NCBI GenBank assembly: GCA_038279365.1
Contig: JAYODI010000150.1
Span: 1-6,784 of the forward strand
Origin: Candidatus Latescibacterota bacterium
GTDB lineage: Bacteria; Latescibacterota; UBA2968
Direction: 5' to 3'
Length of the DNA stretch: 6,784 nucleotides
The position numbers were made by a program, and so were the translations under genes. The stretch's first letter is position 1. Every line of letters begins with the position of its first letter. Below are positions 5,636-6,784 of this stretch, piece after piece. The notes beneath the pieces are model-generated. The model was not told the DNA's origin and made no database searches. It was given only the letters and a program-made list of their open reading frames with translations.

Positions 5636-6763
5636 TTAGACCGCGTAAGCCACAGAGCCATCATCGCGAAGGGGGGTGTTGATTTGGGTGAGGGGGGCGA
5701 AGGGGGTTTTGGCGATGAGGGTGTCGTCGAGTTCTACGCCGAGGCCAGGGGCTTGGGGGATGGGGATGTAGCCGCCTTCGCGTTTGTAGGAACATTTGTA
5801 GATGGCGTTGTTTTCGGCTTCGTCGCGTTTGGTGTATTCTTGGGTGACAAAGTTGGGGATGCTGGTGTCGAGGTGGAGCGATGCGGCGGTGCCAATGGGG
5901 GTGAGGAAGTTGTGGGTGACGACGGCAGAGTGATACGATTCGGCAATGGCAGCAATTTTTTTGCAGTGGGTGATGCCACCGGCCAGGGCAATGTCGGGGC
6001 GCACGTATTGGGGGCCGCCGTGTTCTAAGAGTTCGCGAAATTCCCAGATGGTGGTGAAGCGTTCGCCATTTGCAAAAGGTACGTTGAGGCGTTTGGCAAT
6101 GTCGGCTTGGGTGGTGATGGTGTCTATTTGAATGGGGTCTTCTATGAAGAGGAGTTCAAATTGTTTGAGGGCTTCGCCAAGAGCAATGCCAACCATTGGG
6201 GTGAGTTTGCGGTGGACTTCGATGATGAGGTCTACGTCGGGGCCACAGGCTTCGCGGGCGGCGGCGGTGATGTCTACGGCGGTTTTGATGAGGCGGGCTT
6301 GGGTTTGGTTTTGGTAGCCACCTGGTAGGGGGTCAAATTTGAGGGCGGTGAAGCCTTCTTCTTTGGCGGCTTTGGCGACGTCATACATTTTTTCGGGGGT
6401 TGGGCCACCAGCCAAGAGGTGGAGGCGAATTTTGTCGCGGCAGTTGCCACCTAAGAGTTCCCAGACTGGGGCCTCGAAGTGTTTGCCTTTGATGTCCCAT
6501 AGGGCAATGTCTACGGCGCTAACGGCACCTGAGAGGGCGGTGCCTCTGAAGGGGGCCATTCGGTAGAGGTGTTGCCAATGGTGTTCGATGCGCAAGGGGT
6601 TTTGGCCAATGAGGTAGTCTTTGAAGACGTTGACGATGCGTTCGGTGGCTTCGGGGTAGCCCCAAAAGGCCGATTGGCCAATGCCGGTGATGCCGGTGTC
6701 TGTGGTGAGGCGCACCACGTAGCTGTTACCGAGTAAGAGGTGTTCGAGTTTGTCGATTTTCAT
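5636..6763 (-). CDS. Mandelate racemase/muconate lactonizing enzyme family protein (enolase superfamily), galactonate dehydratase (DgoD)-like sugar-acid dehydratase, substrate uncertain
   Basis: 375 aa with AGGAG (6774-6770) before the ATG. Family signature SAVDIALWDIKGK...PVWELLGG; K142, metal ligands E182/E208/E234, H184, D257-H284 dyad, E309; PGLGVELD; DgoD-like C-terminal tail RDDGSVA. Confidence 0.92.
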   Translation of the reverse strand: MKIDKLEHLLLGNSYVVRLTTDTGITGIGQSAFWGYPEATERIVNVFKDYLIGQNPLRIEHHWQHLYRMAPFRGTALSGAVSAVDIALWDIKGKHFEAPVWELLGGNCRDKIRLHLLAGGPTPEKMYDVAKAAKEEGFTALKFDPLPGGYQNQTQARLIKTAVDITAAAREACGPDVDLIIEVHRKLTPMVGIALGEALKQFELLFIEDPIQIDTITTQADIAKRLNVPFANGERFTTIWEFRELLEHGGPQYVRPDIALAGGITHCKKIAAIAESYHSAVVTHNFLTPIGTAASLHLDTSIPNFVTQEYTKRDEAENNAIYKCSYKREGGYIPIPQAPGLGVELDDTLIAKTPFAPLTQINTPLRDDGSVAYAV

Positions 6764-6784
6764 GGGAGGCTCCTAAAAGAATGG

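Noticed and set aside
5684..6566. Shadow ORFs within the dehydratase gene
   Set aside because: Fully overlap a well-supported CDS and show compositional artefacts only.

Overview
Bacterial genomic window with four protein-coding genes: (1) a SCO1/SenC-family copper-binding lipoprotein on + that is probably cut by the left window edge; (2) a convergent 960-aa secreted modular protein on - (six NHL repeats, Big_9/cadherin-like Ig modules flanking an unassigned alpha/beta domain, and a C-terminal dockerin-like double EF-hand of the type I associate with Latescibacterota-like lineages); (3) a cytoplasmic DUF5060/DUF4038/DUF5605-type putative glycoside hydrolase on - (true start most likely 5250); (4) a mandelate racemase-subgroup, galactonate-dehydratase-like enzyme on -. 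Two intrinsic terminators are well supported. The most unusual part is the intergenic region between genes 4 and 3. It holds a ~180-nt densely base-paired element (three-way junction closed by a perfect 12-bp stem, followed by a candidate H-type pseudoknot with U-rich triple-helix geometry, favouring the - strand) and, separately, a GTAG...CTAC REP-like palindrome. All family assignments come from motif recognition by eye and all structures were paired manually; no searches or folding programs were run.
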